Notes: generated by a model not told the origin, from the letters alone. 64,000 nt of DNA from a virus (IMGVR_UViG_3300037010_001382:1-64000); one strand, 5' to 3'. Counted from the first letter of the stretch, positions 49,911-60,879 are shown. Numbers and translations are program-made.

Positions 49911-50669
49911 ATGGCTAGAGTTTTAGCAGTTGGTGACATTCGTGGTAATCACGAAATAGTTACTCAAGCGTTCGATAAGTTTTTGAGAGAAGACTACGAC
50001 AAAATCATATTTATTGGCAATTTTGCAGATAGCTTAACAAGAGAGGATAAGGATATCATAAGAGCGTTTCACGTTGCTTTAGCTGTCAAACAAACTTATC
50101 CTGATAGAGTTATACTGCTACGAGGACAAGCAGATGAAGCTTATTTTCATCATGATGCTTATGGCTATCGTGCTAAGACGTTCAGACCGTCTTTACATCG
50201 TGCTTTAAGCCACATACTCATACCTAAGGATGATTCTTTTAAGCATGCTTATAATATGGGTAATTTTTTATTTACGCATGGTGGTATTTCACTTAAATGG
50301 TTTCTGAAACATTACACTACAATACTTACTTGGGCAAATCATATGGGTCTTGATCCAGAAGAGCCAAGAGATATAGCATCGCTAATTAATGGTATAGCCA
50401 AAACTGCAGATCGAAAGATTTTGCATGAGAAGGCTGCAACTTATGGCGGTTACGAAAGTGATTTAGGAGGACCATTATGGTGTGATAAATCAGAATTAAT
50501 GATTGGACCGTTATATGGAGTTAATCAGGTTGTTGGTAACAGTCCTGAGAACTTTATATATCGTTTTCATCGTTTTGCTGATGATAAGCATAGAGAAAAC
50601 ACAAGCGTAACATTCATTGATGTTCTTGATAGAAGAACTCAATTTTTAACATTAGATATAAAAGGATAA
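49911..50669 (+). CDS. calcineurin-like metallophosphoesterase with degenerate metal ligands
   Basis: GDIRG, GNFAD, GQAD, THGG, GGPLW.D, QVVGNS. Confidence 0.7.
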   Translation: MARVLAVGDIRGNHEIVTQAFDKFLREDYDKIIFIGNFADSLTREDKDIIRAFHVALAVKQTYPDRVILLRGQADEAYFHHDAYGYRAKTFRPSLHRALSHILIPKDDSFKHAYNMGNFLFTHGGISLKWFLKHYTTILTWANHMGLDPEEPRDIASLINGIAKTADRKILHEKAATYGGYESDLGGPLWCDKSELMIGPLYGVNQVVGNSPENFIYRFHRFADDKHRENTSVTFIDVLDRRTQFLTLDIKG

Positions 50670-50676
50670 AAAGAAA

Positions 50677-51060
50677 TTGGAAGACGAAGTATTAGTAATA
50701 CCGCAAGGTGTAGAAATTATAACAAGGGAACAGGTATTGGAAGATAAAGAACTCTTGTATCAATACATGGCACAGAACAATACGTTTGAGTTCAATATGA
50801 ACAAAGCGTTGGAAGAATGTGTCGAGTTTATGGAGGTTTTAATAAAACTTCAGACAAAGAGTAAAGCAAATCCACGCTGTCCTAGTCCAATAGATGCGAT
50901 CCATGAATTTGCTGATGTAATGTTGCGTGGATCAATAGCACTTATGTCTTTATTTCCTAATGATAAAGAGTTTGATGAAGAATTAACTCGTTATTTGGAA
51001 GAAAAAGAAGGTAAGTTGTTAGGTTGGCTTGAAGCAGGAACTTATCATAAAGGTCTGTAA
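50677..51060 (+). CDS. MazG-like NTP pyrophosphatase
   Basis: EECVE...HEFADV acidic helices. Confidence 0.65.
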   Translation: MEDEVLVIPQGVEIITREQVLEDKELLYQYMAQNNTFEFNMNKALEECVEFMEVLIKLQTKSKANPRCPSPIDAIHEFADVMLRGSIALMSLFPNDKEFDEELTRYLEEKEGKLLGWLEAGTYHKGL

Positions 51061-51095
51061 TAAGTAAAGTAGAAAAGTAGTAAATTTAAGTAGTA

Positions 51096-52673
51096 ATGCC
51101 AGGGGAAGATAGACTAATAGGTCAGGCTCAAGAAGCTGTTGTAGATAATAATTTATTGGAACATAATGTAAATCGTCCTGTGGAATTGCAAATCATGGAT
51201 TTTGAGGACGAAGAACAAATGCAAGACGATCATGATGATCTTTTGGATGAACCAGAAGAACAGCCAGGATTACGTTGGGAAGATGCAGGTCAGGCTCCTG
51301 CTAATCATGCTGCAGAAATGTGGGCAAGATTAGCTGCTCAAGATCCAAATCCTCCAAGAGCAATGGCAGGAGTGGATCCATTTCAGCCGATACGTTTTAA
51401 CGTGAATCCGTTCGAAGAACCAATACGTCAGGTTCCAAATGCACAACCTGCTGGACAGGAATTTAATGCTGCACAAGAACTTGATCGTCAGATAAATCAA
51501 TTAAGACAGCAGCAACGAGCTCGTAGACCGAGACAAAGAGGCGCTGCTAGAGTAGAAGATGATAATGGTAGACACCTACCATATAATATCAATCCTCCAC
51601 AAAAGCCGCAAGCTGCAAGACCACAATTAAGAAATAATAACAACGTGAAACAAGTAATAGTAGAAGCACCAAAATACATTGATGGTGGGCATGTTCACAG
51701 AGGTTATACGTTCAGTAGAAAACTTCATTCTAAAGAAGATACGTGGTTACGTACATTTGGTTATGCATCTGTATTGGATCAATATCCAGACTTGAAGTAT
51801 GTTGAGATAGAGCAGCCGTTAAATGAAGAAGAAGAATGCATCATTGTTCTTTCTGAATTAGCAGACGCACTTGCAACTGAAGAGTGTACTAGGACAATCT
51901 CTGGTTTTTGCATTAAAACGCATAATAAGGAGTATCAAACTGTTTATAAGAAGCACATCAAAACAATAAGCTCTTTTAAGAGAATAAAGAATGGGTAAAA
52001 AAGCAATGGTTACAGTTAGAGCTTTTAGGACGTTTAAGTATCCTAAAAGTGCGCTGGACAAGGTACAATTTATCGGTGATGCCACTTATAAGGCACAACA
52101 TGATCTGCAGGTAATTATTAATGAAATTCTTGTTAATGACCATGCTGAAGTAAACGTTGCTGCATTATTTGAATTTGAAGCTATAGAAGATGTAGCTTAT
52201 AAATTCAGAAAGAGGCAGATTGAAGTGGATCGTCCTGGAGATTTTGTTGGTCGTAATAAAGCTGCAAAAGCTCTTACGAATCACAAGATGGAACAGAAAT
52301 ATGGTCCATTAAATCATGAGCAGAATCCAGGATTATATGAGCTTGACCCGGAAATAAGAGATCCGCAAGGAGATTTGTTAAGGGAAGCTACCTGGTACAT
52401 GCGTGAAGAAATTGAGCGTGAATACTATCAGTATTACGATGATTTTCGTGAAATACTTAGAGCTGCAGCAAACTAATGGATGAAGATGATGATGATGTAT
52501 TAGAAGCTTCATCTTTAACAGAATTACAAGAGTATGCTCAATCTATTTATGATAGGTTTAAAGCGACAGGAGATAAAGCTGTGAGAAAAGTTCTAAGAAA
52601 GCGATGGAAAGAAATTGTAACTAATTATAATAAGCGCGTTAACTTCGATGCTTATTATGAGGATTTAAGCTAA
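51096..52673 (+). other. hypothetical ORFs (51096-51998 low-complexity, 51991-52476, 52476-52673)
   Basis: Coupled ORFs; P/Q/N/D/E-rich, likely disordered N-terminus in the first. Confidence 0.7.
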
Positions 52674-52674
52674 T

Positions 52675-52714
52675 AAAAAAAGGGATATGACGCAAATCAT
52701 ATCCCTTTTCTTTT
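52675..52714. terminator. bidirectional intrinsic terminator
   Basis: A run, agggatatga/tcatatccct, T run, between convergent genes. Confidence 0.8.
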
Positions 52715-52724
52715 ATACTGTAAA

Positions 52725-53003
52725 TTAGTCCTTTTTCATTGATGCTACCATATCTTCAGCGTATTGCTTTAACATTTCATCAATAGTTTCTCTGGTTAGA
52801 GGATTACCATCCAAATCCTCATATTTAATAGTAATTTTACCACTGTCGAGTCCATCTGTAAAGACCGATTCTAAAGCAGTGATGAAAGGCGTATAAGCCT
52901 TAAACATGTCTTGAATTGCATTAAGTTGTTTTCCTGTAATGTTAAATGTTTCATCTTCACTCCATACTGGAGTCTGACGAAATGGTGTAAATTGTATACT
53001 CAT
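52725..53003 (-). CDS. hypothetical protein (92 aa), counter-oriented
   Basis: Own promoter at 53028-53059 and a terminator. Confidence 0.75.
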   Translation of the reverse strand: MSIQFTPFRQTPVWSEDETFNITGKQLNAIQDMFKAYTPFITALESVFTDGLDSGKITIKYEDLDGNPLTRETIDEMLKQYAEDMVASMKKD

Positions 53004-53027
53004 ATATTTGTTCTTAACTTTGAATTA

Positions 53028-53096
53028 CAAAGGTACAACAAATGTATGATTTTACCAAATAAAATTTGTGTAAGTGCAGAAATAATTCTATTTTTG
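53028..53096. promoter_or_regulatory. back-to-back Bacteroidota promoters (minus 53028-53059; plus 53065-53096)
   Basis: Both match TTTG-N20-TAnnTTTG. Confidence 0.75.
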
Positions 53097-53110
53097 CACA
53101 AAGAAAAGTG

Positions 53111-55720
53111 ATGATAGAAAACGAAGAATTATTAAAGTATTTTGACAATGACGAACTTGCCGCAGATGTGTGGAAGTCAAAATACCAAGTGAAGAATGAT
53201 AAAGGTGAAGCTCTGGAACGTACACCAGACGAAATGCACAAACGACTTGCGAAGGAGTTTGCGCAAAAAGAGTATGATAACTTACAAAAAGATCGTGTTA
53301 GTGATAACTTGTCTACTTTTGGACAAGTAATTCAAAAGAAAATAGGTTCGAAATCACTAGTTGATTTAGAGCAAATGTTCTTTGAATATTTTGATAAGTT
53401 CTCACAGATAGTGCCTCAGGGCTCTATAATGTCAATTCTAGGACATCCGACTAAGGTTGGTAGTTTGAGTAATTGCTTTGTAGTTCCTGCCCCACATGAC
53501 TCGTATGGTGGCATTATGAAGACTGATGAACACTTGTCTCAGCTGATGAAGCGAAGAGGTGGAGTTGGTACAAATTTGAATGGGTTACGTCCATCTAAAA
53601 CGTTAGTATCTAATGCAGCAGGCACTTCTACAGGAGCTGTCTCGTTTATGCCTAGATATAGTAATACAACAAGAGAAGTAGCACAGGATGGTCGTAGAGG
53701 AGCATTAATGCTACTTTTACACTGTTTACATCCAGATATATTTGATTTTGTAAAGATCAAGAAAGATAGAACAAAAGTAACAGGTGCTAATATTAGTGTT
53801 CTGCTTACTGATACTTTTATGTCAGCTGCTAAAGCTGATGAGGATTTTTACTGCAGATTTCCTATAGATCAATCTATAGGTGGATTTGAGCCACCAGAAT
53901 ACAATACTTTAGTGGAAACATCTAAAGGAAAGTATATAATGAGAATTAAAGCTAAGGAGCTTTTTGATCTTATTATTGAGATGGCACATGAAAATGCAGA
54001 ACCAGGTATAGCATTTATAGATCGCATTATAGACTTCTCACCTGATGGAGTTTATGAGATGTATAAGGCTATTGCTAGTAATCCTTGTGGTGAGCAATGG
54101 TTACAAGCATATGATTCTTGCAGATTGCTAGCAATTAACTTATTCTGTGTCGTTAAGAATCCTTTCACTGAAAGAGCATTTGTAGATTATGAAAAGTTAT
54201 ATGAAGTAGCATATATGCAACAGCGATTAGCAGATACACTTGTAGACCTAGAGATAGAGTATGTAGGTCGTATTATTGCTAAGATTGATTTAGATCCAGA
54301 ACCTGAAGATGTTAAGCGTGTTGAGAAAGAATTATGGCAGAATGTACTAAAGACAGCGCAAGCAGGTCGTAGAACAGGATGTGGATTTACAGCACTTGCA
54401 GATATGTTAGCAGCATTGAATCTTAAGTACGATAGTAAACAAGGTATTGAAATCATTGAGGAAGTATGCAAAGTAAAAATGTGTGCTGAATTAGATTGCT
54501 CTATCGACTTAGCTATCTTAAGAGGAGCTTTTGAAGGTTGGGATCCTAAAAAAGAATTTGAATTTAAAGGTCTGCAAAAGAATGGTAAACATTATTCTGG
54601 AAAGAATAAGTTTTATCAGATGTTAATAGACAATTTTCAAGAACAAGTACTTAGGATGTACGCTTATGGACGTCGTAATGTATCTTGGTCTACTGTAGCT
54701 CCTACAGGAACAGTGTCGATTATGACACAAACATCAAGTGGACTCGAGCCGCTCTTCTTACCATACTATATGCGTAGGAAGAAAATTAATCCTTCTGATA
54801 AACACTCACGTGTAGATTTTACGGATCAGAATGGCGATCAATGGCAAGAGTTTCCAATAATGCATCCTAAATTCAAGGAATGGATAGAAATGCGCCTTGG
54901 TACACAATCAAAGATTGAAGATCAAACAAAAGATGATCTTGATAATCTTTTCAAGATATCGCCTTGGTATGCATCAACTGCAAATGATATTGACTGGACA
55001 AAGCGTGTAGAAATACAAGCTATTATTCAGAAATATACAACTAATGCAATATCATCAACTATTAATTTACCAAATAATGTCACGAAAGAAGAAGTTGCGA
55101 GCATTTATTGGAGGGCTTGGGAGTTGGGGCTCAAAGGAGTTACTGTTTATCGAGATGGATGTCGTACTGGTGTATTGGTCTCTAATGAAGCATCATCCGT
55201 TACGAAAGAAGTTGCGTTCTCTCAAAAAGACGCAGCGAAAAGGCCTACGTCGCTTGATTGTGAAATACATGCAGTCAAGGTCAAAGGAGTAAGTTACTCT
55301 GTTATTGTATCAGTATTAAATGATCATCCTTACGAGGTTTTCATTTTGTCTGATATGGTACTTGCTTGTTCTAAAGGCGTTGTTACTAAGGAAAAGAAAG
55401 GTTTATACAATTTATATAATGTAGATGGATCTTTATGTTCATCAGATATAGGTAGTAAAATAACAGAAGAAGAAGCAGCTATTACAAGATTACTTTCTAC
55501 GAGCCTGAGACATGGTACGAATGTTAGATTCTTGGTTGAGCAGCTAAACAAAACAGAAGGTTTGATGGTAGGATTTAGTAAGGCAATTGCACGTTGTCTT
55601 AAGAAATATATACCAGAAGGCACTACTTCGAAAGAAGAATGTCCTGAATGTAAGCAACCAGCGATGGTTTACGAAGAAGGATGTAAGAAGTGTAAGAATT
55701 GCGGTTATTCAAAATGCTAA
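53111..55720 (+). CDS. nrdJ: class II (AdoCbl-dependent) ribonucleotide reductase
   Basis: LSNCFV, RRGGVG, GRRGA, NPCGEQ, APTGTVS, GLKGVTVYRDG; C-terminal Zn ribbon; no beta subunit nearby. Confidence 0.88.
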   Translation: MIENEELLKYFDNDELAADVWKSKYQVKNDKGEALERTPDEMHKRLAKEFAQKEYDNLQKDRVSDNLSTFGQVIQKKIGSKSLVDLEQMFFEYFDKFSQIVPQGSIMSILGHPTKVGSLSNCFVVPAPHDSYGGIMKTDEHLSQLMKRRGGVGTNLNGLRPSKTLVSNAAGTSTGAVSFMPRYSNTTREVAQDGRRGALMLLLHCLHPDIFDFVKIKKDRTKVTGANISVLLTDTFMSAAKADEDFYCRFPIDQSIGGFEPPEYNTLVETSKGKYIMRIKAKELFDLIIEMAHENAEPGIAFIDRIIDFSPDGVYEMYKAIASNPCGEQWLQAYDSCRLLAINLFCVVKNPFTERAFVDYEKLYEVAYMQQRLADTLVDLEIEYVGRIIAKIDLDPEPEDVKRVEKELWQNVLKTAQAGRRTGCGFTALADMLAALNLKYDSKQGIEIIEEVCKVKMCAELDCSIDLAILRGAFEGWDPKKEFEFKGLQKNGKHYSGKNKFYQMLIDNFQEQVLRMYAYGRRNVSWSTVAPTGTVSIMTQTSSGLEPLFLPYYMRRKKINPSDKHSRVDFTDQNGDQWQEFPIMHPKFKEWIEMRLGTQSKIEDQTKDDLDNLFKISPWYASTANDIDWTKRVEIQAIIQKYTTNAISSTINLPNNVTKEEVASIYWRAWELGLKGVTVYRDGCRTGVLVSNEASSVTKEVAFSQKDAAKRPTSLDCEIHAVKVKGVSYSVIVSVLNDHPYEVFILSDMVLACSKGVVTKEKKGLYNLYNVDGSLCSSDIGSKITEEEAAITRLLSTSLRHGTNVRFLVEQLNKTEGLMVGFSKAIARCLKKYIPEGTTSKEECPECKQPAMVYEEGCKKCKNCGYSKC

Positions 55721-55729
55721 AAATAAGAT

Positions 55730-56421
55730 ATGAAAAATTACAAATTATATGGAGCTATCTTGGGAGATTTAGCTGGTCAACCATATGAATTTCCTCCAAT
55801 GAAAGGTCCATATAATAATGTAGATCTTCATAATCCTAAAGCGCATATTACTGATGATACTATTATGACTTTAGCTTCTGCAGATCATATCATGTATGGC
55901 GAGAGAGATAAATTATCTATATCTCAATACTATAAATGGTGGGGTAACATGTATCCAGAAGCAGGCTATGGTAAAGGCTTAATGTAGTTGGTACATCTTG
56001 GGGCAATGGATGTTTGATGCGTGCATCTCCATTTATTTGGTCTAATGATCTGCAGGCACTGATAAGATCAGTTCAATCAAGTCATAATCACCAATATAGT
56101 TTAGAAGCAGCTTTCGAGTTGTGGAAAGCTTATAAATCAAGAAAATCGAATTTGTTTGTATCTCCTTGTGATTTTGAAGAATTTAAAGTAGATGCGAAGT
56201 CTACGATGGATTTTTGCCTGCAGATGTTCTATCATCCAGGTTCATTACAAAGAGCTATTATTAAGACGATAGAATGTGGTGGTGATACAGATACTAATGC
56301 GTCAATTGTAGGTGAATATTTCAACTATCAAATGGGCGGTATTACTAAACAAGATGCTGAGTACGTAGAATCAAAGCTGGATAAGCGTCAATTAAACATA
56401 CTTTTAAAATTCAATAAGTAA
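55730..56421 (+). pseudogene. ADP-ribosylglycohydrolase (DraG/ARH) interrupted by a frameshift near 55980
   Basis: GAILGDLAG, TDDT, AGYG | SWGNG..MRASP, SHN, GGDTDTNASIVG in two frames. Confidence 0.8.
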
Positions 56422-56426
56422 CCGTT

Positions 56427-57314
56427 ATGCGCACATTAAACCTGGCACATGCAGATAAAGGCGATATACCCTACAAGGTTATCGCCTTTTCTGATAGCCA
56501 AAAACTCATTAACCTTGATGGCATTTATGCTAAAGGTAATACAAACATCGAGAAATCTGTTCAGATTACATCTCGCATGACATGGGAAGATGTTCAACTG
56601 ATTATATGTGCTAAAAAGGCTTTGGAAGAAGCTGGATTTAAGGAGATACATTTGTATGTTCCTTATTTCTTAGGTGCAAGATCAGATCGCAAATTCCAAA
56701 ATGGAAGTATTAACTATCTTAAGCATTTAATATGTCCAATTATAAATAACTTACAGTTTAAATCTGTGACTGTTTATGATCCACATAGTTTTTGCCTAGA
56801 GATGGGTTTAGAGAACTTCAAATGTATTAATAGTTCTAATTTGATTAGGCACTTTCTCGAGCAGGAGAAATCTAATCTTAAGAATGCAATGTGGTTAATT
56901 CCTGATAAAGGAGCTTCTGCAAAAGCTAAAGAATTAATAATAGATTCTAATTACGATGATCAGCTTGGAGAAGTCGTTGTTTGTGATAAAATCAGAGACA
57001 TACCTACAGGCAAGATTATAAAAACAGTAGTGCCTGTGATGGAATTTCATGGCAGGGACGCATTCATCGTAGACGACATATGCGATGGAGGAGGAACATT
57101 TATAGAGATTGCTAAAGTATGTAAACAACATAATGTTGGCAACATGTACTTAGTAGTTTCTCACGGTATCTTCAGTAAAGGTCTTGGCGAACTCGCACAG
57201 TACTTCCAGGGAATATATTGCACAAATTCAATAAACGATTTGAGTAAGGGTGATTCTATAAATGTCAATAACAAGGACGGCAAACTACTTGTAAAACAAT
57301 TGCCGATAGTATAA
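56427..57314 (+). CDS. PRPP synthetase-like protein (candidate ADPR-PP synthetase)
   Basis: PYFLGARSDR, DPHS, PDKGA, K.RD, IVDDICDGGGTF, VSHGIFS. Confidence 0.9.
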   Translation: MRTLNLAHADKGDIPYKVIAFSDSQKLINLDGIYAKGNTNIEKSVQITSRMTWEDVQLIICAKKALEEAGFKEIHLYVPYFLGARSDRKFQNGSINYLKHLICPIINNLQFKSVTVYDPHSFCLEMGLENFKCINSSNLIRHFLEQEKSNLKNAMWLIPDKGASAKAKELIIDSNYDDQLGEVVVCDKIRDIPTGKIIKTVVPVMEFHGRDAFIVDDICDGGGTFIEIAKVCKQHNVGNMYLVVSHGIFSKGLGELAQYFQGIYCTNSINDLSKGDSINVNNKDGKLLVKQLPIV

Positions 57315-57316
57315 TT

Positions 57317-57889
57317 ATGTGGAATCCATTTAAGAAGAAAACTCCTTTACCTTCAGTGAACGATCTGAAGCGAGTACAGGAGAAAGAGCCTATTGACTTT
57401 TGGAGTTCAAGACACCGATTTGCTGAAGAGCAGTATAAGGTGCCTGATAATGACAATTGGAAAGGTAATAAGTATGCAGAAAGACTCATTAAAGAGTGGT
57501 TAGAACATGGTAAGATTGTTTTAGCTGTCGACTTCGATGACACCATCTATGGATGGGGATTCAAAGATTTCAAATCTAATGTGATGTTTAGTAAGACGAT
57601 ACAAATCATAAAGATGGCTCAAAAGCTTGGATGTTACGTATCAATTTGGAGCGCATGTGCGCCAGACAGGTATGACGAAATACGTAATTATGCAAAGTTT
57701 AACCAGTTTGTTATTGATAGTATCAATGAAAATCCTATCCCATTACCTTACGGTAATAACCGTAAAATGTATTACAATCATCTATTAGATGATAGAGCAG
57801 GTCTTGAACAGGCATTGTCTGTACTTGAATATTGTTGTTATCGTGTGATGAGTGATCGTAAGGTCAAAACAGACAATTTCGAAGTTTAA
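57317..57889 (+). CDS. HAD-superfamily hydrolase-like protein
   Basis: AVDFDDTI, WSA, INEN, K.Y...LDDRAG. Confidence 0.75.
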   Translation: MWNPFKKKTPLPSVNDLKRVQEKEPIDFWSSRHRFAEEQYKVPDNDNWKGNKYAERLIKEWLEHGKIVLAVDFDDTIYGWGFKDFKSNVMFSKTIQIIKMAQKLGCYVSIWSACAPDRYDEIRNYAKFNQFVIDSINENPIPLPYGNNRKMYYNHLLDDRAGLEQALSVLEYCCYRVMSDRKVKTDNFEV

Positions 57890-58190
57890 AAAGTAAGAAT
57901 GAAAAAGTTAACAATGTTTTTCCGAGTGATACTCGGAATAAAGCAATCTGCGGTAATTGAGATGCAGAAGAAGAGTAATAACGTTTTTAACGTTTTCACA
58001 AAGACTCTTAACGATCTCAAGGAAATAAACGGGATGATTGAATCCTATAAACAAGTCAAGCTTGACGTGATAGCAGCTGCACAAGTTGAACATGACGACT
58101 TGCATTCTCAGCTTGAAACTAACAACAAAATGGTTGTCAAGCTTGAGGATTTTGTAAAATAATCCTTAACAAAAAAAACAAATAAAAAGA

Positions 58191-59987
58191 GTGAGACAGA
58201 TCCAAGTATTGAATCAAACTGACTTCTACAAAGTAGGTCACCATCCTATGTACCCTGGAGGTACTACTAGGATTTATAGTAATTTAACCCCGCGCAAATC
58301 GAGAGAGAAAGGTGTAAATGAAGTAGTTGTTTTTGGGATTCAATACTTCGTTCTGGAGTATTTGATTGAACAATGGAACTCCAACTTCTTTCACACGCCA
58401 TTAGGCCACATTGCGAAGGAAGTGAAACAGCAGAGGCTGGCCCGTTATAAACGTATGATGGATAATACTCTCGGAAAAGATACTGTGAAAACAGAACATA
58501 TTGAGAAGCTTTGGGATTTAGGTTATATGCCTCTTAAGATTAAGGCTCTAGCTGAAGGTACTCTATGTCCGATAGGAATTCCTTGTTTAACTATTACGAA
58601 TACTGTAGATCATGCATTTTGGTTGGTAAATTATCTGGAAACTATTCTGTCTTGTACAGTATGGCAACCGATGACTTCAGCTACAAAAGCATTACAGTAT
58701 CGTAAGATACTCGAAAAATATGCATTACAAACTACAGGATCTATTCAAGGAGTTCAATGGCAAGGTCATGACTTTTCTATGCGTGGCATGTCTAGTCTTG
58801 AGTCTGCTTGCACGAGCGGAGCTGGGCATTTGCTTTCTTTTACTGGGACCGATATAATACCTGCTATTGAATTTCTTGAGCAGTATTACGGTGCAAATGT
58901 GGAAGAAGATCTTGTTGGAGCTTCTGTTCCTGCTACTGAACATTCCGTTATGTGTATGGGTCTTAAGGATGGGGAAATAAATACATTTGAGCGTTTGCTT
59001 GATTTGTATCCTACAGGTATCTTATCTGTAGTCTCTGATACTTGGGATTTGTGGAACGTAGTAAAGAAAGGTGGTATTTGCGACCAGTTAAAAAGTAAGA
59101 TCTTAGCTAGAAATGGCAAGCTTGTAATTCGTCCTGATTCAGGAGATCCTGTTGATATCATTTGTGGACAAGAGATAGATGATATAAAAGCAGAAGATAT
59201 TGATTCTGCAAAACTTTGGATGAAAGATTTACTAAGGCAAAAAGTGAGAGAGGAAACTCCTCATGGAGAAGCCGGTGATCCAAATCCTAGTGCTACTTAC
59301 AAGTTTCAAGGTAAGTACTACAAGATCACACTGGAAATTGAATGGAATCGCTATGATAAGCAATTTTACTTTATAGATGGATGTACCATAAAATCATTTG
59401 AAGAAGTTGAAGCTACACCTGCAATGAAGGGTGTAATTGAATGCTTATATGATGTGTTTGGCGGTACAAGATCGACTGAAGGATATATTGAGCTGATTGA
59501 TAAAATTGGCGCTATATATGGCGATTCTATAACTGAAGACAGAGCAGAACGTATCTGTAGTCGCTTAATGGCTAAAGGCTATGCTTCTACTAATGTTGTG
59601 TTCGGCATAGGTTCATTTACTTACCAGCATAATACTCGCGATACTTTTGGTTTTGCCATGAAGGCTACCTATGGTGAAGTTGCTATTGAATGTGGATGTG
59701 GAGAGGGTTATCAAAATCCTACCTGCTTACAGAATGGTAATGGTCGCATCTGTACTGAAGCTCGTGAGATCTTCAAGGATCCTATCACTGATTCAGGCGA
59801 AAAGAAGTCTGCACGTGGCTTGTTGCGTGTAGATCGTAATGAGGAGGGTAAAGTTACTCTCTACCAACAGCAGACGAAAGAACAAGAGGAAGGTGGTTTA
59901 TTACAGACTATATTCCTTGACGGTAAAATGGTTAAAACATTTACGTTAACAGAGGTTCGTGAGAATCTCAAAAATGCTACAAAATAA
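58191..59987 (+). CDS. nicotinamide phosphoribosyltransferase-like protein (NAMPT/Namat)
   Basis: TDFYKVGH, HDFSMRG, PATEHS, SVVSDTWD, IRPDSGDP, IYGDSIT, FGIGS, KKSARG. Confidence 0.92.
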   Translation: MRQIQVLNQTDFYKVGHHPMYPGGTTRIYSNLTPRKSREKGVNEVVVFGIQYFVLEYLIEQWNSNFFHTPLGHIAKEVKQQRLARYKRMMDNTLGKDTVKTEHIEKLWDLGYMPLKIKALAEGTLCPIGIPCLTITNTVDHAFWLVNYLETILSCTVWQPMTSATKALQYRKILEKYALQTTGSIQGVQWQGHDFSMRGMSSLESACTSGAGHLLSFTGTDIIPAIEFLEQYYGANVEEDLVGASVPATEHSVMCMGLKDGEINTFERLLDLYPTGILSVVSDTWDLWNVVKKGGICDQLKSKILARNGKLVIRPDSGDPVDIICGQEIDDIKAEDIDSAKLWMKDLLRQKVREETPHGEAGDPNPSATYKFQGKYYKITLEIEWNRYDKQFYFIDGCTIKSFEEVEATPAMKGVIECLYDVFGGTRSTEGYIELIDKIGAIYGDSITEDRAERICSRLMAKGYASTNVVFGIGSFTYQHNTRDTFGFAMKATYGEVAIECGCGEGYQNPTCLQNGNGRICTEAREIFKDPITDSGEKKSARGLLRVDRNEEGKVTLYQQQTKEQEEGGLLQTIFLDGKMVKTFTLTEVRENLKNATK

Positions 59988-59988
59988 C

Positions 59989-60450
59989 ATGAAAGAGCAG
60001 AAAGAAGTAAAACCACGGCGGCCTGAAGGGCCACTAAAAGAAGGCGAGTATTTGTGTACTTTCAGATTCTACGACGGTAAAGGACGTAGACTGACTATCT
60101 GTGCTACACAGACAGGCGATACATTAAATGTAGTAGTATTGACATTGTCAGAACTACCAGATCCGGAAACAAGCATGCATGATGTTTTCTCGCGTAAAGC
60201 AGGAAGAGAGATTTATGAAGCTAATTGCAAGGGTAAGGAACTTATGGACAACTGTAAAGGACAGCGCTTCACAGTGCCGGTACTTAATGGCGAGCCACGT
60301 ACAAGTTTCTTCGCCTGGACTAACAGAACCTTTTATAAGTTGGAAACAACTCAGATTTTGGTTCCACAGGAAGTTGTTTATCTGGTTAAGGCTGACAAGC
60401 GTAAGGTTAAGAGCCGTAAGCTTATAAAAACAGTCCATAAGGAGAAATAA
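59989..60450 (+). CDS. hypothetical protein
   Basis: ORF track; DVFSRKAGR motif. Confidence 0.7.
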   Translation: MKEQKEVKPRRPEGPLKEGEYLCTFRFYDGKGRRLTICATQTGDTLNVVVLTLSELPDPETSMHDVFSRKAGREIYEANCKGKELMDNCKGQRFTVPVLNGEPRTSFFAWTNRTFYKLETTQILVPQEVVYLVKADKRKVKSRKLIKTVHKEK

Positions 60451-60879
60451 TTGAAAGTAAAAATAAAAAAACTGTATAGTGAAGCTGTGATTCCTTCCTA
60501 TGCAAAAGAAGGAGATGCAGGATTAGATTTGACTGCTGTTTGGCATGAGGATCATATGGACCTTGGAGAGGGAAAAGTTGGATACCAAGAATATGGTACT
60601 GGTTTAGCACTAGAGATACCGAAAGGATTTTTAGGGTTCTTATTACCAAGGTCGAGTATTACTACTAAAGATATGATACTAAAGAATAGCATTGGCTTAA
60701 TAGATTCTGGATATAGAGGCGAACTGAAACTTCGTTTTATGGGTTCAGCAGATTATAAGGTTGGTGAAAGAGTAGGTCAGTTAGTAATAATGCCATTTCC
60801 TGAAATTGAATTGGAAGAAGTTGATGAACTTGAAGGCTCTGAAAGGGGTATTGGAGGTCATGGTAGCACAGGCAGTTAA
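60451..60879 (+). CDS. dut: trimeric dUTPase
   Basis: GDAGLDL, PRSS, GLIDSGYRGE, GQL, RGIGGHGSTG. Confidence 0.95.
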   Translation: MKVKIKKLYSEAVIPSYAKEGDAGLDLTAVWHEDHMDLGEGKVGYQEYGTGLALEIPKGFLGFLLPRSSITTKDMILKNSIGLIDSGYRGELKLRFMGSADYKVGERVGQLVIMPFPEIELEEVDELEGSERGIGGHGSTGS

